Shown here: positions 37,482 through 50,789 of the stretch, piece by piece
Position numbering within the stretch: the first letter of the stretch is position 1
Layout of the letters: the number at the start of each line of letters is the position of its first letter
Assembly (NCBI RefSeq): GCF_001194135.2
Contig: NC_068988.1
Coordinates: 36,772,719-36,836,718, forward strand
Origin: Octopus bimaculoides
Taxonomy: Eukaryota
Length of the DNA stretch: 64,000 bases
Direction: 5' to 3'
Notes under the pieces: model-generated
Databases searched by the model: none
Told to the model about the DNA's origin: nothing
The model's input: the letters and a program-made list of their open reading frames with translations, nothing else
Translations under genes and position numbers: made by a program

Positions 37482-37846
37482 TTATTACCTCCGCCTTAAC
37501 GAAGGCGGAAGTATTGTTTCGGTCGTGTTTGTTTGTTTGTCCGTGGACAAGGTATCTGAAGAACTGCTCGATGGATTCAGATGAAACTTTCAGGGACGTT
37601 TGACCGTGCGATTAGCACAAACTGATTAGATTTTGGAATCGATTCGGTACCGGACAAGGATTTTGGATTATTTTTCCTGCTTTTTTACTTAATTTTTGAG
37701 AGCGGTCGGGTTCATTTTCAGCATTCTCGTTTGTGAGTGCAGTCGAATATATTTCAGATATTCCCATTTTAAAAACCATCTCTGGCTAATCGTTGAGAGG
37801 ACGTTGGTGTTCCCTTGGCAGAGGTTTGTGATCTCTGAGTTCTTTT
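37482..37846 (+). mobile_element. Non-autonomous Helentron-like (HINE-type) element
   Basis: TTATTACCTCCGCC-TTAACGAA-GGCGGAAG 5' hairpin, (TTTG)n, GGATGAAACTT-like core, 3' CCTTGGCAGAGGTTTGTGATCTCTGAGT. Confidence 0.7.
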
Positions 37847-39242
37847 TTACATTTTGATATTTTACTTAACATTCAATGTCTTTTCATCTTCCTTTGAACA
37901 AAATATAAAATCAAACTACATTTTTCTCATTACTACGGATGGCAAATGATTTATACTGTGGTAAAAAAAAGTATAATATATATATATATATTTAGTAAAG
38001 TAAGTTCTAGAACAGAAGAATACATTTTCACTCATATATATGATACAACAGCTAGGGAAATATAAATTTACACATATAATCATATAACAGATTAGATTAA
38101 CTGAATTGCTACCGAAATAGAAATACTCAACTAGAATAGACAAGAAAAATGACAAAATTAAAACAAATATTTTATCAATAAACCACAAACGGCTAAGCCG
38201 TGAACACATTTCATTAAACCAAGAAATTTCAGTATAGACATGAGAAATTGTAAATATCTTGGGACCAACTGTTGTATATGGATAGATAATACATGTGTTA
38301 ATTCTCGATAAGTAAAAATTTACAGCAAGGAAATATTAAAGTACATTACAGTACAGAAAAATATTTCTTGATAACATTAGTATTCTACGTAGAATGCCAC
38401 AAGAAATATACTAGGTATTTTGCTAAGCCTTGTTATAAGCAATACGCAAGCCAGAAATCAACGAGCGTATGTGCCCCTATACAAATTGCATATGATGAGG
38501 TTTTATCAGAGATTCTTATGCAGATATATGTAATTATGTGTTAGCCATTTCGAAATCAGCAATGGGTATTTATCAGTTAGAATATCAATCCCATGATCCT
38601 TTATTGCCTGTCACAATCCACATTTTCTAATACCATATCAAGTATAATACTTTCACAATAACTATTAAAAAATGAGAATTTTCATATTTCGTAATTATAC
38701 ATACCTAGCAAGTAGAACTTACACAACAGAAAAACTGTTGTTATTCACTCATGGAATGAATGAAATTGAAATTAACAGTGTTGTATGTTTTTACAAGAAT
38801 AAAAGGCTTCTTTCCCGAAGTAATTGCATGGATTTTAATAGCTTCAACAGAATTCATATATGTAATTTATTGTATGCCCTACCATACCTGATAATTATTC
38901 ATTGTATTGTAGTTTGATTTTATATTTTAATAAGTTCTGCTTCCATGCTCTTATCATTTAATTTACAGGCTTTTCTCTTCTGTCTGTAACCATCTATTAA
39001 CTTGTTATATAATAATGAAACCTATTTTGTTTTCACACTTCTTTCATTACACGTGACAAGACTCTCTTATTGCTTATTTCTACGTCACTAAAAACAATTA
39101 TTTATAATTAATGACAGATGTTATATTTCTAATATATTTCACTTTTATGACTATCATTATCATTCTTATCATTGAATTATTTCTCTGCTATACTTCTTTC
39201 AACATTAGCCATAGTTTCATCTTCACCATTATCTCCTACTAT

Positions 39243-39449
39243 TTCTTCTTCTTCTTCTTCTTCTTCTTCTTCTTCTTCTTCTTCTTCTTCTTCTTCTTCT
39301 TCTTCTTCTTCTTCTTCTTCTTCTTCTTCTTCCTTTTCTTCTTCTTCTTCTTCCTCCTCCTCCGCCTTCTCCTCCTCCCCTTCTTTATCTTTTTCTTCTT
39401 CCTTTTCTTCTCATCATCATCATCATTATTATTATTATTATTATTATTA
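39243..39449. repeat. Compound (TTC)n/(CAT)n/(TTA)n microsatellite
   Basis: Directly visible. Confidence 0.97.
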
Positions 39450-40310
39450 TGGTAGCGAAGTGACAGAATTGTTACCGCACCGTGTACGGTTTTTTCTTGC
39501 CATCGTTTCCTTGTATCGTTTTATGATGATACGCTACTGTTCCAGTTTTAGTTTGGATTTCAGTTATTTTACAACTTTTGTTCTTTCTTCTTTTTCTACA
39601 TACTGCTCAGGTACTATAGTCTCTTTTATGCATTGTTCAGCTTCCTTAAAGACACAAAACAGATTTTAGTTTTGCTCACGGTTTGTGACTATTTGTAACA
39701 GTTTTCCTTGCTTCTGAAGTAGATATTTCTGTAATCTTATTGTGGTTATTTTATAACAGTTCTCTAGCTGTATAAGACCTCTGCCACTTTTCAATACGTC
39801 GTATATATAATCTTCTGTGTCAGATTCTGGGTCGTACATCCTAAATCCTGTCATTACTTTTCTTGTCTTCCTGTCTATTTTGATTAGTTCATTTAGAGTC
39901 CAGTTAAGAATATTGTAGCTGTTACTCATAACTCGGACAGCCAGAGTGTTGATACATATAATCTTGTTTTTCATATTGAGTTCAAAATCAATCTAACTCG
40001 TTTATGATATACCTTTCTTATCTTCTCTTTCGTTTGTATATGTATCTAGTTCATTGATTCTAAGTATTGTATATCTGGCTTTGGTCTAATTCTCTTATTT
40101 CATTCGCTCTATCGAGTGTGATGTTATTCTTAAATAGCTGTCCTATTTTCGAGATTGCTTTGGCACAATTTTCTCAGCCAAATTTCATGTTTATCTCTAT
40201 GATGAATCCATTTACTATCTGTAGTAATGTTTCCATCTGTTCGTCATTTGTAACACACAATTTTATTATCATCCATATACAAATGATGGATGTTAGTTTT
40301 GCTGTTTCAT
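39450..40310 (-). mobile_element. R4/Dong-type LINE fragment (late RT and thumb)
   Basis: NKIICINTLAVRVMSNSYNILNWTLNELIKIDRKTRKVMT...GRGLIQLENCYKITTIRLQKYL; KRWQEKTVHG; (TAA)n on both flanks. Confidence 0.85.
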
Positions 40311-40316
40311 TATTAA

Positions 40317-40385
<69 letters not shown>
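40311..40385. repeat. (TTA)n microsatellite
   Basis: Directly visible. Confidence 0.97.
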
Positions 40386-40407
40386 CAATATTATTGTTAA
40401 GGCGGCG

Positions 40408-40525
40408 AGCATAATATTTTTAGCGGCATTTCGTCCGTCCTTAGTTTAAATTCCGCACATGTTAGCTTTGCCTTTAATCCCTCCGAGTTGAAACATCAAG
40501 TACCAGTCAAGTACTCTGGTGGTAT
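40408..40525 (+). mobile_element. Degenerate SINE (GGCGGCGAGCTGGCAGAA family)
   Basis: GGCGGCGAGC..TTAGCGGCATTTCGTCCGTC..AAATTCCGC..TTTGCCTTT..AAGTACCAGTCAAGTACT. Confidence 0.65.
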
Positions 40526-40774
40526 CTTTAATCTTAACAATTGAAATAAGATAGTAAATATAATTACACAGACAATGAAAATATGTAGTACAGATACTAC
40601 TGAATATCAAGCTCTTACATTTCTACAATAGACATAAAAAGCAATATTGTGGAAACAATTTTATTCGCAAAATCATTACTGAACAAAAATGATTTTTACC
40701 GCAGATCTTTATCTCACTACGAAAGCAGAGATCTGTGTTGACAGATATATGACACTTGGAAGAATGCTCTTTTG

Positions 40775-40775
40775 T

Positions 40776-40857
<82 letters not shown>

Positions 40858-40858
40858 A
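40775..40858. repeat. (GCA)n(GTA)n microsatellite
   Basis: Directly visible. Confidence 0.97.
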
Positions 40859-41837
40859 TGGCCATTGTCTCTAGAAGCAGAGGATTGCAAAGAAAATATA
40901 GGTAGAGAAACTGCTGCTGGTGTATCAGCATTAAAATTAGCAGGACAGATGTAACAGCTTTCGCTACTTTTTCTACTGCTTCCAGAATGCCCCTAACTGT
41001 GTGTAACTGGAACAAAGATAATCACTTCCATTTTATCTTTGTGTCCGCAGTACGGGGGAAATACCCGAAATACAAAGGGCCTATATGCTGACAAAAGTAG
41101 AGCCAACCCAAACTTTCGGAGCATCGAAACAAGGATAGAGACGCAGAGGAGCTGAAAATATCTGACGTAGAGAAAATATAAGTAGTGGCTCGACACAAAG
41201 ACGGGCCAATACCACGTAGTAAGTACATTCCATCTTTGTCCGAAACTGTAGGAAAAAGCAAATGGAAAGGCCGAACAACATGAACACTTGAACTTTGTAC
41301 TGGCGTGACACATAATACGCTACACACCTTTGTATACATTTCTGTACGTATTTCCCGTTTTCTCTTGTTTTGAATGTTGCGAGACTAGACAGCATAGACG
41401 TGCGATTACCATCATTCAATAGATATGGTGCTGCACTTTAGCTAGAACCTCATGAAATCCTTATTTAGAAGACATATAAAACATCCCTGCATATTTCGTG
41501 ACGTATGATTTATGCAAAACTTATTTTTCTTTTTCCACTCCTAAACAATTATTTCTATCTAAGATTTCATTACTAAACTTAACATTTTTAAACCTATGTA
41601 TGGGAAACCGTGTTGTTGTTGTTAGCCTTGTAGCCGATGCTACCATTGTGGTTGCTACTGTTTAAATAGTCGTCAAATCGTCAAAGCAGCTCTTATTCCT
41701 ATTAAAAAATATCAAAATATTTATTTCTTTGAAAATATCATTTGTTTGTTTTGCAATTTTGTTGTCAATTTTCTTTCTCTTTTGTTGTTAAACTTTCATT
41801 TGCATGTGTTCTGTGCAGCTGTCAAAGCCCTTTTTTG

Positions 41838-41840
<3 letters not shown>

Positions 41841-41925
<85 letters not shown>
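41841..41925. repeat. (GT)n microsatellite
   Basis: Directly visible. Confidence 0.98.
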
Positions 41926-41928
<3 letters not shown>

Positions 41929-42189
41929 CGTCTGCGTACGTCTGTGTACCTTTGTGCGTGTGTGCATATGTGTGTGTTGTGTGTGTGTGTGTTTATGTGT
42001 GTTTTTTGAGTGGGATTTCTTGCTGACATTTTCTGGTAAATGTCAACTTAGAAATACACTACAATACATACTTTGATGAATATATTTGCATATACATATT
42101 AAGAGACATATTATTTTAGGAGTATACATAACCACATAGTTTAGGTAAGGACTCACCCATAATTCTCATACTGATCTACTTACCGCATT

Positions 42190-43000
42190 TCAAACAAGTA
42201 GCGATTACTACTTGTCTGAAATGTTCTCGTGAGCAACTTCAGTATAGAACCTAGAAAAAGAGAATGATGGTGACCTCTCTTTTCAAGGAGCTTTTCTACC
42301 TTACGCCCAAAATTATTTTCTAGATCAGACTCTCTTCTAAATTGTCTTGAACCAATCTTGCATATCTGCACTATCTTCTTTCGCTAAATGTTGCAGAACG
42401 TTACTCAACAAGTTCTTCAGGACTGTGAGAATCATACTGTGTAAGTATGAATTCTCATCAGTTTCATCTTAAGAATTTTTGTTTTGTTTTTTGTCTACAA
42501 AAAGCTTTCCTTTTTCTCATTACTGTTATACATTTACTGACCTCTTCCCATTACTGTTATCCATTTACTGACCTCTTCCTTTTTCATATTTGCCCCTTAT
42601 CTGTAAGGTGATGACCTGGTACTGCTGAGACATAGGTCTTCGGTTTTTCGTTTTAAATCTACTTTCAGTATCACAAATATCTGTTTCGTATTTTCATGTG
42701 AGGGCTGATGGCTTGTTGTTTAGCATTTTGCTTCAGTTATATCTCTGTAATGTTTCAAGCAATATTTTCATCGTTTTCACTCAGAAAGTGAATTTCTCGT
42801 GTGTGTCTATTTGCATGGCGGCGCTAGCATACTTTTACAAGGATTTCCACTTTTGGAATCTGTGTGAAGGTTCTGTTCATAAATTTGTTTTGATTGGGTA
42901 CATATTTGTTTACGTACTTGCTGCCAAATCTGTAACTCTTTTCTCTTCCTATTACTCCAATACAAACTATCGTGTTGGAATATGATTAGGCAAAAAAAAA
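42190..43000 (-). mobile_element. Possible very old RTE-like LINE remnant
   Basis: Weak similarity only (ERR*CRYARLVQ...EESLI*KIILG resembles an RTE C-terminus); includes a 31-bp tandem duplication at about 42520-42580. Confidence 0.3.
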
Positions 43001-43209
43001 AGAAAAAAATTAAAACAAAAGATTTCAAAACACTCTAATGCGCACACTGGGCAAAAAGAAAATTGAAAACTAATTTCTCACATTTTTTAATGATAACTCT
43101 ACACAACAGAACACAGGCATAATCATCCAATATTTCAAAAATCAATAAAATGTTATCCAAAACAGGGTCAGACATAAACATGAACTGACAGGGGAAAAAA
43201 ACTATGTTG

Positions 43210-43282
43210 AAGACGACGATGATGATGATGATGATAGCAATACCAATAATACTGATGATAACATCAACAACAACAAGAACTG

Positions 43283-43336
<54 letters not shown>

Positions 43337-43448
43337 CGATGATGACGACGACGACGACGATGATGATAATAATAATAATAATAAGAAGAAGAAGAAGAAG
43401 ACGAAGAAGAAGAAGAAGAAGAAGAAGAAGAAGAAGAAGAAGAAGAAG
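43210..43448. repeat. Compound (GAT)n/(GAC)n/(AAT)n/(GAA)n microsatellite
   Basis: Directly visible. Confidence 0.97.
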
Positions 43449-44013
43449 CATGCTTTTTGCTTCATTCTTTCATTTGTACGTACAATCCAGTAATTTCGGA
43501 TGAATAGCCAATTGATTATGTTAACCCCAATATTTTAGTGTTAATCTGTTTAATCGATATCTGAACGACGGAATGCAGAGTTGAATTTGGTAGGTGTAGA
43601 ATTCAGAATCCATGGGATCGTAACTAAATCTGGAGACAATTTGCCTGGCAATCTCATAGTTCTCCCGGTTAATCCGTTTCATTATAGAAATATTCAACAT
43701 TATAACATCTCAGATATTGATGCTTGTGATCCAGTTTTTGGAATGCAACTTGATCTGCAGTAGTATGTTGGTAGAATATTGTGTGCACTTGGCAACAGTT
43801 TATAATTCCAGACAATATGTCTTGTTTTAGCTTGAACCAGGACAGCGATAAGTTTGAAGAGATGAAAAGAAGTAAAATGTGCGTAACAAAACAGGGTGAT
43901 GCCTGCGTTTATTCCAGAAATTGCTGCAGAACTTATCACATTCTAAGTGTATGGACGTAGATCATCATATATGGTATACCGAAGCATTTGAGTAGATGTA
44001 ATAATAGCACATT

Positions 44014-44170
44014 GGGGAGGCCGTGGCTTAGTGGTTAGGTTGTTGAACTCATCATCGTATGATTGTGGTTTCGATTCCTGGACCAGGCGACGCGTTGTAT
44101 TCTTGAGCAAAACACCTCATTTCACGTAGCTCCAATCGACTCAGCTTGCTAAAATGATTAATCCTGCGAC
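44014..44170 (+). mobile_element. tRNA-derived SINE
   Basis: GGAGGCCGTGGCTTAGTGGTTAGG..GGTTTCGATTCCTGGACC..TTCTTGAGCAAAACACCTCATTTCACG. Confidence 0.8.
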
Positions 44171-46217
44171 GCCTTGGAAACCTAAAGACCATCCCTTATG
44201 GGTCGGTATGACCCGAGAAGGAAAATTTACATAGTAATAGCACATTGGCTACCTAACAAACCACTTTAATCTCGTCAGTTGAGGACTGGTTCAAACATGA
44301 CAATTTTTTACGCCTCAAAAGCTTCACGTGCATATGTCAGCACGTTTTCCGTCTATCACTTTTCGAACGGTATATCGTTCAACTTTTACAGCATTAGATG
44401 AAGAAAACATTCTTAATGCGACGAGCATTTCATTCATTTGTGATTGATGGCTCGTTATTTCTTCTTTTAAACACATGCATTTTGATATTGAAACAATCCG
44501 TAGTATGGCAAAGTTTGGCCGTATGAAAACGGTCGATTACGTCTCACATGCTCGCTCTCATGCAGAGGAGCACTAACAATTCACGGTTCACAGCAATGGA
44601 AACACTTGTTCTGTTACACGTTACTGTATATGTCAACTTAGACGTCAGTTAACAGTTATATACATACGCAAGTCTGAAATTTAAAATCATTTAACTTTGT
44701 TTTCAGTTTTTTGCCTCATTGTGAGTTTTAAGATTAGAGTTACGCAAGATCGTCAAGACAGACAATTCCACTCACTATTACCAACCTTTTTCCTGAACAT
44801 TTGATTTAATTTCCTCTAAACAGATGTACATTTCTGTTATGATTCGAATAGACGAATGTCGTTCCTTTATCAAGTGCAAATATTAACATTGTTTTCACGT
44901 CGCACTGTGACTACATGTGAGCATCGGACGTCTTTAGTAGCTTCATGTCTTCGGACACACAATGCAAGCTTGTCCTTTTGTGTTAAAGAAATAATTGTGA
45001 GTTATTCTTGGTGATAGATTGTTCGTCACCACATCTTTCTCTAGCTTGCTGTTTAATGGATCGTTGCTTCATTTCTTCTTTGTTGAAACGAATCAATTGT
45101 ATTCTAATTACCATCTTCAAGACAACTCAAAACCGGTTTTTCATCAGTGATCCCATCAAGATCGATCATGTTTTGTAACCGACTATTTCTAACTTTTGAA
45201 ATCCCGTACTACATCACACATTTGAGCTAATAACTACCCTAACTAGCTCTAATTTGTATCATATCACGCATTTTACTATTTAGGAGAAATCAAATTGATA
45301 ACTATTAGGTAGTTGGAATGGACTGAACTGCTTTCCGAAGCTTTTACACTCCCACCATCTTATCAACTAACCTCATAGCATTCCAGTGTGCATGCAAAAT
45401 ACCATTCTAATCTCTCACTAAATAATATAATTTACAGTGAATCGTATTCTGGAGATTTGAACAACTCAGGCCACCCTGCAATTCTTGGTGGAGAATTAGA
45501 TGCTGCGAGTATAGTACACGTAGTGGTTTATTAGAAGCAACGGTATTCGCACGAGTGTAAAAAGAACGTCCGTAAGTGAAATTCATGACTTCAGAAAAGA
45601 ATTCTTCCCCACCATCTGAGCCTGGCCAACAAAATCTGGTGGATATTTCGTGATCATAAATAACTGTTGTAAGTGTCCCGGAAATCTTAACTTAACTGAC
45701 AGCTACCACATTTACATCTTATTAGGCAGCAAAGTAAGTCGTCATGATTCTAATGTGAACCCAGATCAGTTGCTTTAGTATATTCGACTAAGAGTATGCT
45801 CGTTGGAAAGGTCATTATGATGTTGGAAAGAGACATGTAATTCAGCCACTTCGCAAACATATTTCTTGAAAGACACCAGAAGAATTCTAATGGTTGTTAG
45901 GTTATGCATTTGTCTGAGGTTTTGTATTCCTTTCTCAGCCGAAGGTGGCTGTTTTATATTTTCCATCTCCCTAGATTATCAAATGGTTCTGGCGTGTCCT
46001 CTTCCACAATCTTGCCGCAAGATGAGGTTTGGTAACTGCAGAGGCCTGCAGCACGGGAGCACTCAGCTGTGAATGATGCTCATATATTTCTTTCTACATA
46101 ATTGGCGAAAATGATATCATCAGGTGGTGTGGTTTGGCCGTACGGTGAGTTCTGTTTTAGACTGTTACTTTAGACGTGTGTATGGTTGCTATTATTATTA
46201 CTAGTTCTTCAAAGATG

Positions 46218-46430
46218 TCCGCTGGCAGAATCGGTAGCACTCCGGGTGAAGTACTAAGCAGTAATCCGTCTACCACAACGTTCTGCGTTCAAATTCCATC
46301 AAGGTCGATGTTGTTTTTCTTCCTTTCGGGGTCGATGAATGAAGTACCAGTGAAATACTAGGTTTGATATAATCGACTAATCCCCTCTCCATAATTTCGG
46401 GCCTTGTGGCTTTAGTAGAAAGTATTATTA
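46218..46430 (+). mobile_element. SINE (GGCGGCGAGCTGGCAGAA family)
   Basis: GCTGGCAGAATCGGTAGCAC..GTTCAAATTCC..TCCTTTCGGGGTCGAT..AAGTACCAG..TAATCGACT..TTTCGGGCCTTGTG. Confidence 0.8.
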
Positions 46431-46529
46431 TTACTACTTCTGTTGTAGTAATACAATTTCTTGATGTTTTTTTCTGGTAAATTTTCTGTTGCTGTAGCTG
46501 TCTATGTTATTACATATACTACTCTAAGA

Positions 46530-46700
46530 CACAGGCATCTTTATGTGGTAAGAAGCTTTATTTTCAGCTATACGGCGTCGGGTTCAATTCATCTGCACGA
46601 GACAATTTTGACGAATGTCTTCTAATGTTGGACAGAAGCGATCAAATGCTTGTGAGTGGATTTGGTAGTCGGAAAATGAATGGAGCCTGTCGTGTGTGTG
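46530..46700 (+). mobile_element. SINE head (same family as 19095)
   Basis: TGTGGTAAGAAGCT..GGGTTCAATTC..TGCTTGTGAGTGGATTTGGTAG.CGGAAA followed by (GT)n. Confidence 0.75.
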
Positions 46701-47289
46701 TGCGTGTGTGTGTGTGTGTGTGTGCGCGTACATATATATGGGTGGTTTTCTGTAAAGACAGGCACATAACAAAACCAACTAAAAACAAAGAGTGATGGAC
46801 AAATAACCATGAATACCATGAAATGCTTGATTTACACACACTACTAAACAATACTCCTCCAAAAATATACAGGATTAAAATCATACGGTAATTACCCAAC
46901 AAAAGGAACAAACCCCACAACATATGCTGTAGACGTCTGATACCCAACACAAGAACACAACTTGAGTTGCGAAAAAAACACACAACGCAAAACCTAATGC
47001 AGCAGAAGACTCAAACCAAATCCCATAGCAAAACATACTGATGCGAAACAATTTTCCACGCCCCACAAAAAATACAGCACACACAACCTCACTAGCACAA
47101 AAGTGCAACAAACGATGTAATAAACAGTGCTTGAAACTATCAGATATAGAAAAAGAATAGTTATGACGTTGGTGACGAACGTTAAGTTACCTCAGTTTAT
47201 GAGAGACGGAAGTTTCCGTAGAAACTCTGATTATAACAACAGAAATGAAACTGCAATTTTAAGAGAAGGCCTATTCCTAGGCAGTGATT

Positions 47290-47807
47290 CAGTAAAAATG
47301 CACACTGACAAATTATCCTAATACAGCACCAGCATTTAGTAGAGTAAGGAGGAGGAATCGGACCAGCGAAGAAAACAGGATAATGACGCAGTGCTACTTA
47401 GAAAGTGAACCTAAAAGAAGGGGCTATAGGAAACGGCTTTTAACACTTTGGGTAGAGAAGTGTATGTTTACAGTGACTGAGCAGAGATTAGTAGATCAAG
47501 CTAATGCTATTTGGCGAAGAAAGTGGATGACAGAATTGGAGGTGGTAAAGATGACGGGAGAACTAGAAAAGAAAGACCAGGCAGTAAGAAAGACAAACAA
47601 CAACATAAGAGATACAGCTCAAACCAAAGAAGAATCTAAAAGAAAAGATAATAGCCTCACCAATAAGAAAGGGACAACTGACACTAGCGACGTAAGTGAT
47701 TTAAGTGAGGAAGATCAGAAGAGTTTAGCTGAGTAAAGAAGTAAGACAAAGACTGCCAGCATTAAAAGATTCCAACAGGAAAAGCTGCTAGATATCACTA
47801 GGAAAGT
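47290..47807 (+). mobile_element. R4/Dong-type LINE N-terminal fragment
   Basis: RRRNRTSEENRIMTQCYLESEPKRRGYRKRLLTLWVEKCMFTVTEQRLVDQANAIWRRKWMTELEV; ends abruptly at the L1/Tx1 junction. Confidence 0.85.
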
Positions 47808-50610
47808 GGTGTTGTTGAAAGTGGTGCTGAGTGGCAAGCCCACTGACATTTTCGCCTTAATTTTTGGTCCTGTCACCGCTTCATATTCTTTTAATGTATT
47901 GCCGATCAGGTCTGTATGCCTGTTGCTCGACACTATGACGGTGACATTGTCAGTGTAAGCAGAAACACTTCTCCCATATCCTAGATTACGCGGGACACCA
48001 ATCAAAGTCTCCAACTTCCGCAGTAACGGCTCAAGAGTCAGTACATACAGAGTCAGTACATACAAATGGCGTACACTTGATAGACTGAATGCAAGAAGCT
48101 GAATGTTCCGACAGGTGACCATTCACTCGAACAACCGAGGAGATGCCGCTGTACAAAGCAGCGATCCAACTGCGGAAAACTGGACCTAAACCAGCTACCA
48201 TGAGGACAACTGCCAAGTATTGATGGTCGTACTTATCAAAGCTTTTAGATTGATCTAAATTTATCAGAGCCCCACTCACAGCAGCTTCGTTACTCATCCT
48301 CACAATGAAGTTGCGTATAATGTTGAGGTTGTCGTTAATAGTCCTGGTTGGGATGGCGCATGTTTGCGCCTCGCCAACCAGCTATCTATGACAAGCGCCA
48401 ACTTCTTGGTTAACACCTTGGCCGAAATCTTAAATCTTAAACTGTTAAGCCTGAAATTTTCTATAACTCCCTTCTTGTTTGGTCCTTTTTCAGCAGTTCC
48501 ACTGCCCCTCGTCAGACAAAAGTGGGAATTCTTCCATTTTCCTGCCAAGACATCATATAAAGCTCGTAGGGCACACCATCAAACTCGGCGATCTGCCTCC
48601 CCTGCAACTCCTCATCTCTTCCTGTATCTCCGCGGCTGTTATCGGCCTTTCGCAGTCCTCCTACTCGGTTGACACAAAGATGGGAATTTTTTGGTATCCA
48701 CTGAAAAGGGTGACCGTGCGTCGGATAGTCTGGATTCACTAATGGCTGCTACGTCTACACTAAAGGACCTCAGGTCATTTAAAAAGTGATCTTGTTTCCA
48801 AGGTGACCCGAGGCCTCTGACATTTATGCAACCTATTCTGAGTATCACCACGTCAAAGATAAATATTTAGGACGTAGAAAAGCTGTACATATCACTGTTG
48901 TCTGGTAGTGTGGCTCCCTTGGTCTTTGGTGTGAGGGTTTCAAAGAAGTTTTTAAAAAGGCTTCTCGGGAAGGTTTTTTGGTAAATCCCAAGAGCAATTG
49001 GGAAGTTGTTTTTCAATGTGGTGTATGTGTTTTGGGTGGATTTTACAATTTGTATGTGAGATGGTGGTGCATTGTGAGTTGGGAAGACAAAGTCTGCCAA
49101 TGTGGTGCTTGTATTGTCACGTAGTTTTATTATTAGGTTGTTTTCGTAGAGTCTGTGTTGTACTTTGTGTTGATGTGTGAGGTGGTAGTGCTGGTGGAGG
49201 TGGTGTCGTTGTTGTTGGTTATTTTCCCAAGTCCTCCTTATTTTTCCTCCTATTGTCTCTTTATTCTTTTCCTTTCTCTTTTGGGTGGACGGTCTCCCAC
49301 TCTCCCCTATCAGTACACGAACAGTCCGAGTTTTTTGGGTCGGGAAGGGGGATTTTTCTGGCTGTTAGTTTTGTTGGTGTTCGTCTGTTGCTACTGCTAC
49401 TGCTGTAGTAGTTTTTGGTAGTGGTTTACTGCTGCTGGTTGGGGTGGTACTCCGGCTGCTAGTGATGGTACACCGGCTAGTGTCTTTGTTGTTGGTGTTG
49501 GTGGTGCCATGGCAACGGCTGGAGACGCCATCGTTGTTGCTAGTGGTGATGGAGCTGATGCTGGTGATGCGACGACCACTGCTTCCTGCTGCCACTGTAT
49601 CTGCTGTTGTTGTTGCTGTTACTGTACTGGATGTGGCTCCGACACCGGTGATGTTTGTAGCGGCCGACGCACCTCCTTGTTGTTAGGGCAGTCGACCTTG
49701 AGGGGTTGATCATTTCCACAGAAGTAGCAGCTCGGCCTCCTGCCCGCCGCAGCCATGAGTAGTCTGGTGTCGTCAGGCAGGTTTATCGAGGCATGTATTA
49801 AATTTAGAGTCCCTTGTTCNNNNNNNNNNNNNNNNNNNNNNNNNNNNNNNNNNNNNNNNNNNNNNNNNNNNNNNNNNNNNNNNNNNNNNNNNNNNNNNNN
49901 NNNNNNNNNNNNNNNNNNNNNNNNNNNNNNNNNNNNNNNNNNNNNNNNNNNNNNNNNNNNNNNNNNNNNNNNNNNNNNNNNNNNNNNNNNNNNNNNNNNN
50001 NNNNNNNNNNNNNNNNNNNNNNNNNNNNNNNNNNNNNNNNNNNNNNNNNNNNNNNNNNNNNNNNNNNNNNNNNNNNNNNNNNNNNNNNNNNNNNNNNNNN
50101 NNNNNNNNNNNNNNNNNNNNNNNNNNNNNNNNNNNNNNNNNNNNNNNNNNNNNNNNNNNNNNNNNNNNNNNNNNNNNNNNNNNNNNNNNNNNNNNNNNNN
50201 NNNNNNNNNNNNNNNNNNNNNNNNNNNNNNNNNNNNNNNNNNNNNNNNNNNNNNNNNNNNNNNNNNNNNNNNNNNNNNNNNNNNNNNNNNNNNNNNNNNN
50301 NNNNNNNNNNNNNNNNNNNNNNNNNNNNNNNNNNNNNNNNNNNNNNNNNNNNNNNNNNNNNNNNNNNNNNNNNNNNNNNNNNNNNNNNNNNNNNNNNNNN
50401 NNNNNNNNNNNNTACTGGTGCTGTTGCTGGTAGTGCTGGTGCTGGTGGTGCTGGTGCTGGTGGTGTCAGTGTCATTCTTTCCTTCTTTCCTCTCTTCCTT
50501 CTTTTTCTGTGTTGGAAAAATAGTTGACTTGAGGGCGGTGAAGTCCTAGTAGAACTCGCTGTTCAACCTCTCACTCTCACACCCTCGCTCAGTCGCCACC
50601 ACTGTTTATA
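47808..50610 (-). mobile_element. L1/Tx1-like LINE copy A (ORF1 zinc knuckle; ORF2 APE start, deletion, RT; 3'-truncated)
   Basis: ORF1 RRPSCYFCGNDQPLKVDCP; ORF2 ILRIGCINVRGLGSPWKQ..DVAAISESRL; KISAKVLTKKL, GALINLDQSKSFD, LYVLTLEPLLRKL, SAYTDNVTV; deletion junction at about 48660. Confidence 0.93.
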
Positions 50611-50789
50611 TTTTAGAGGCCTGTTTTTTTTTTTTTTCAACAAAAATAAGCTCCCTATGCGGGCAGATAGCTTGGAACAACAATTAAACACTGAAAAGAA
50701 AATTTTAACACATTGTGACAACAAAATTTTAAACAATTTCTGGTGCTCCAGAACGTGTGACTTGCCGCCAAAATCAACAAATAATAATT

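Noticed and set aside
44760-45200. Possible mariner remnant (ITDEKPVL) on the minus strand
   Set aside because: One short motif amid many stops; cannot be distinguished from chance.
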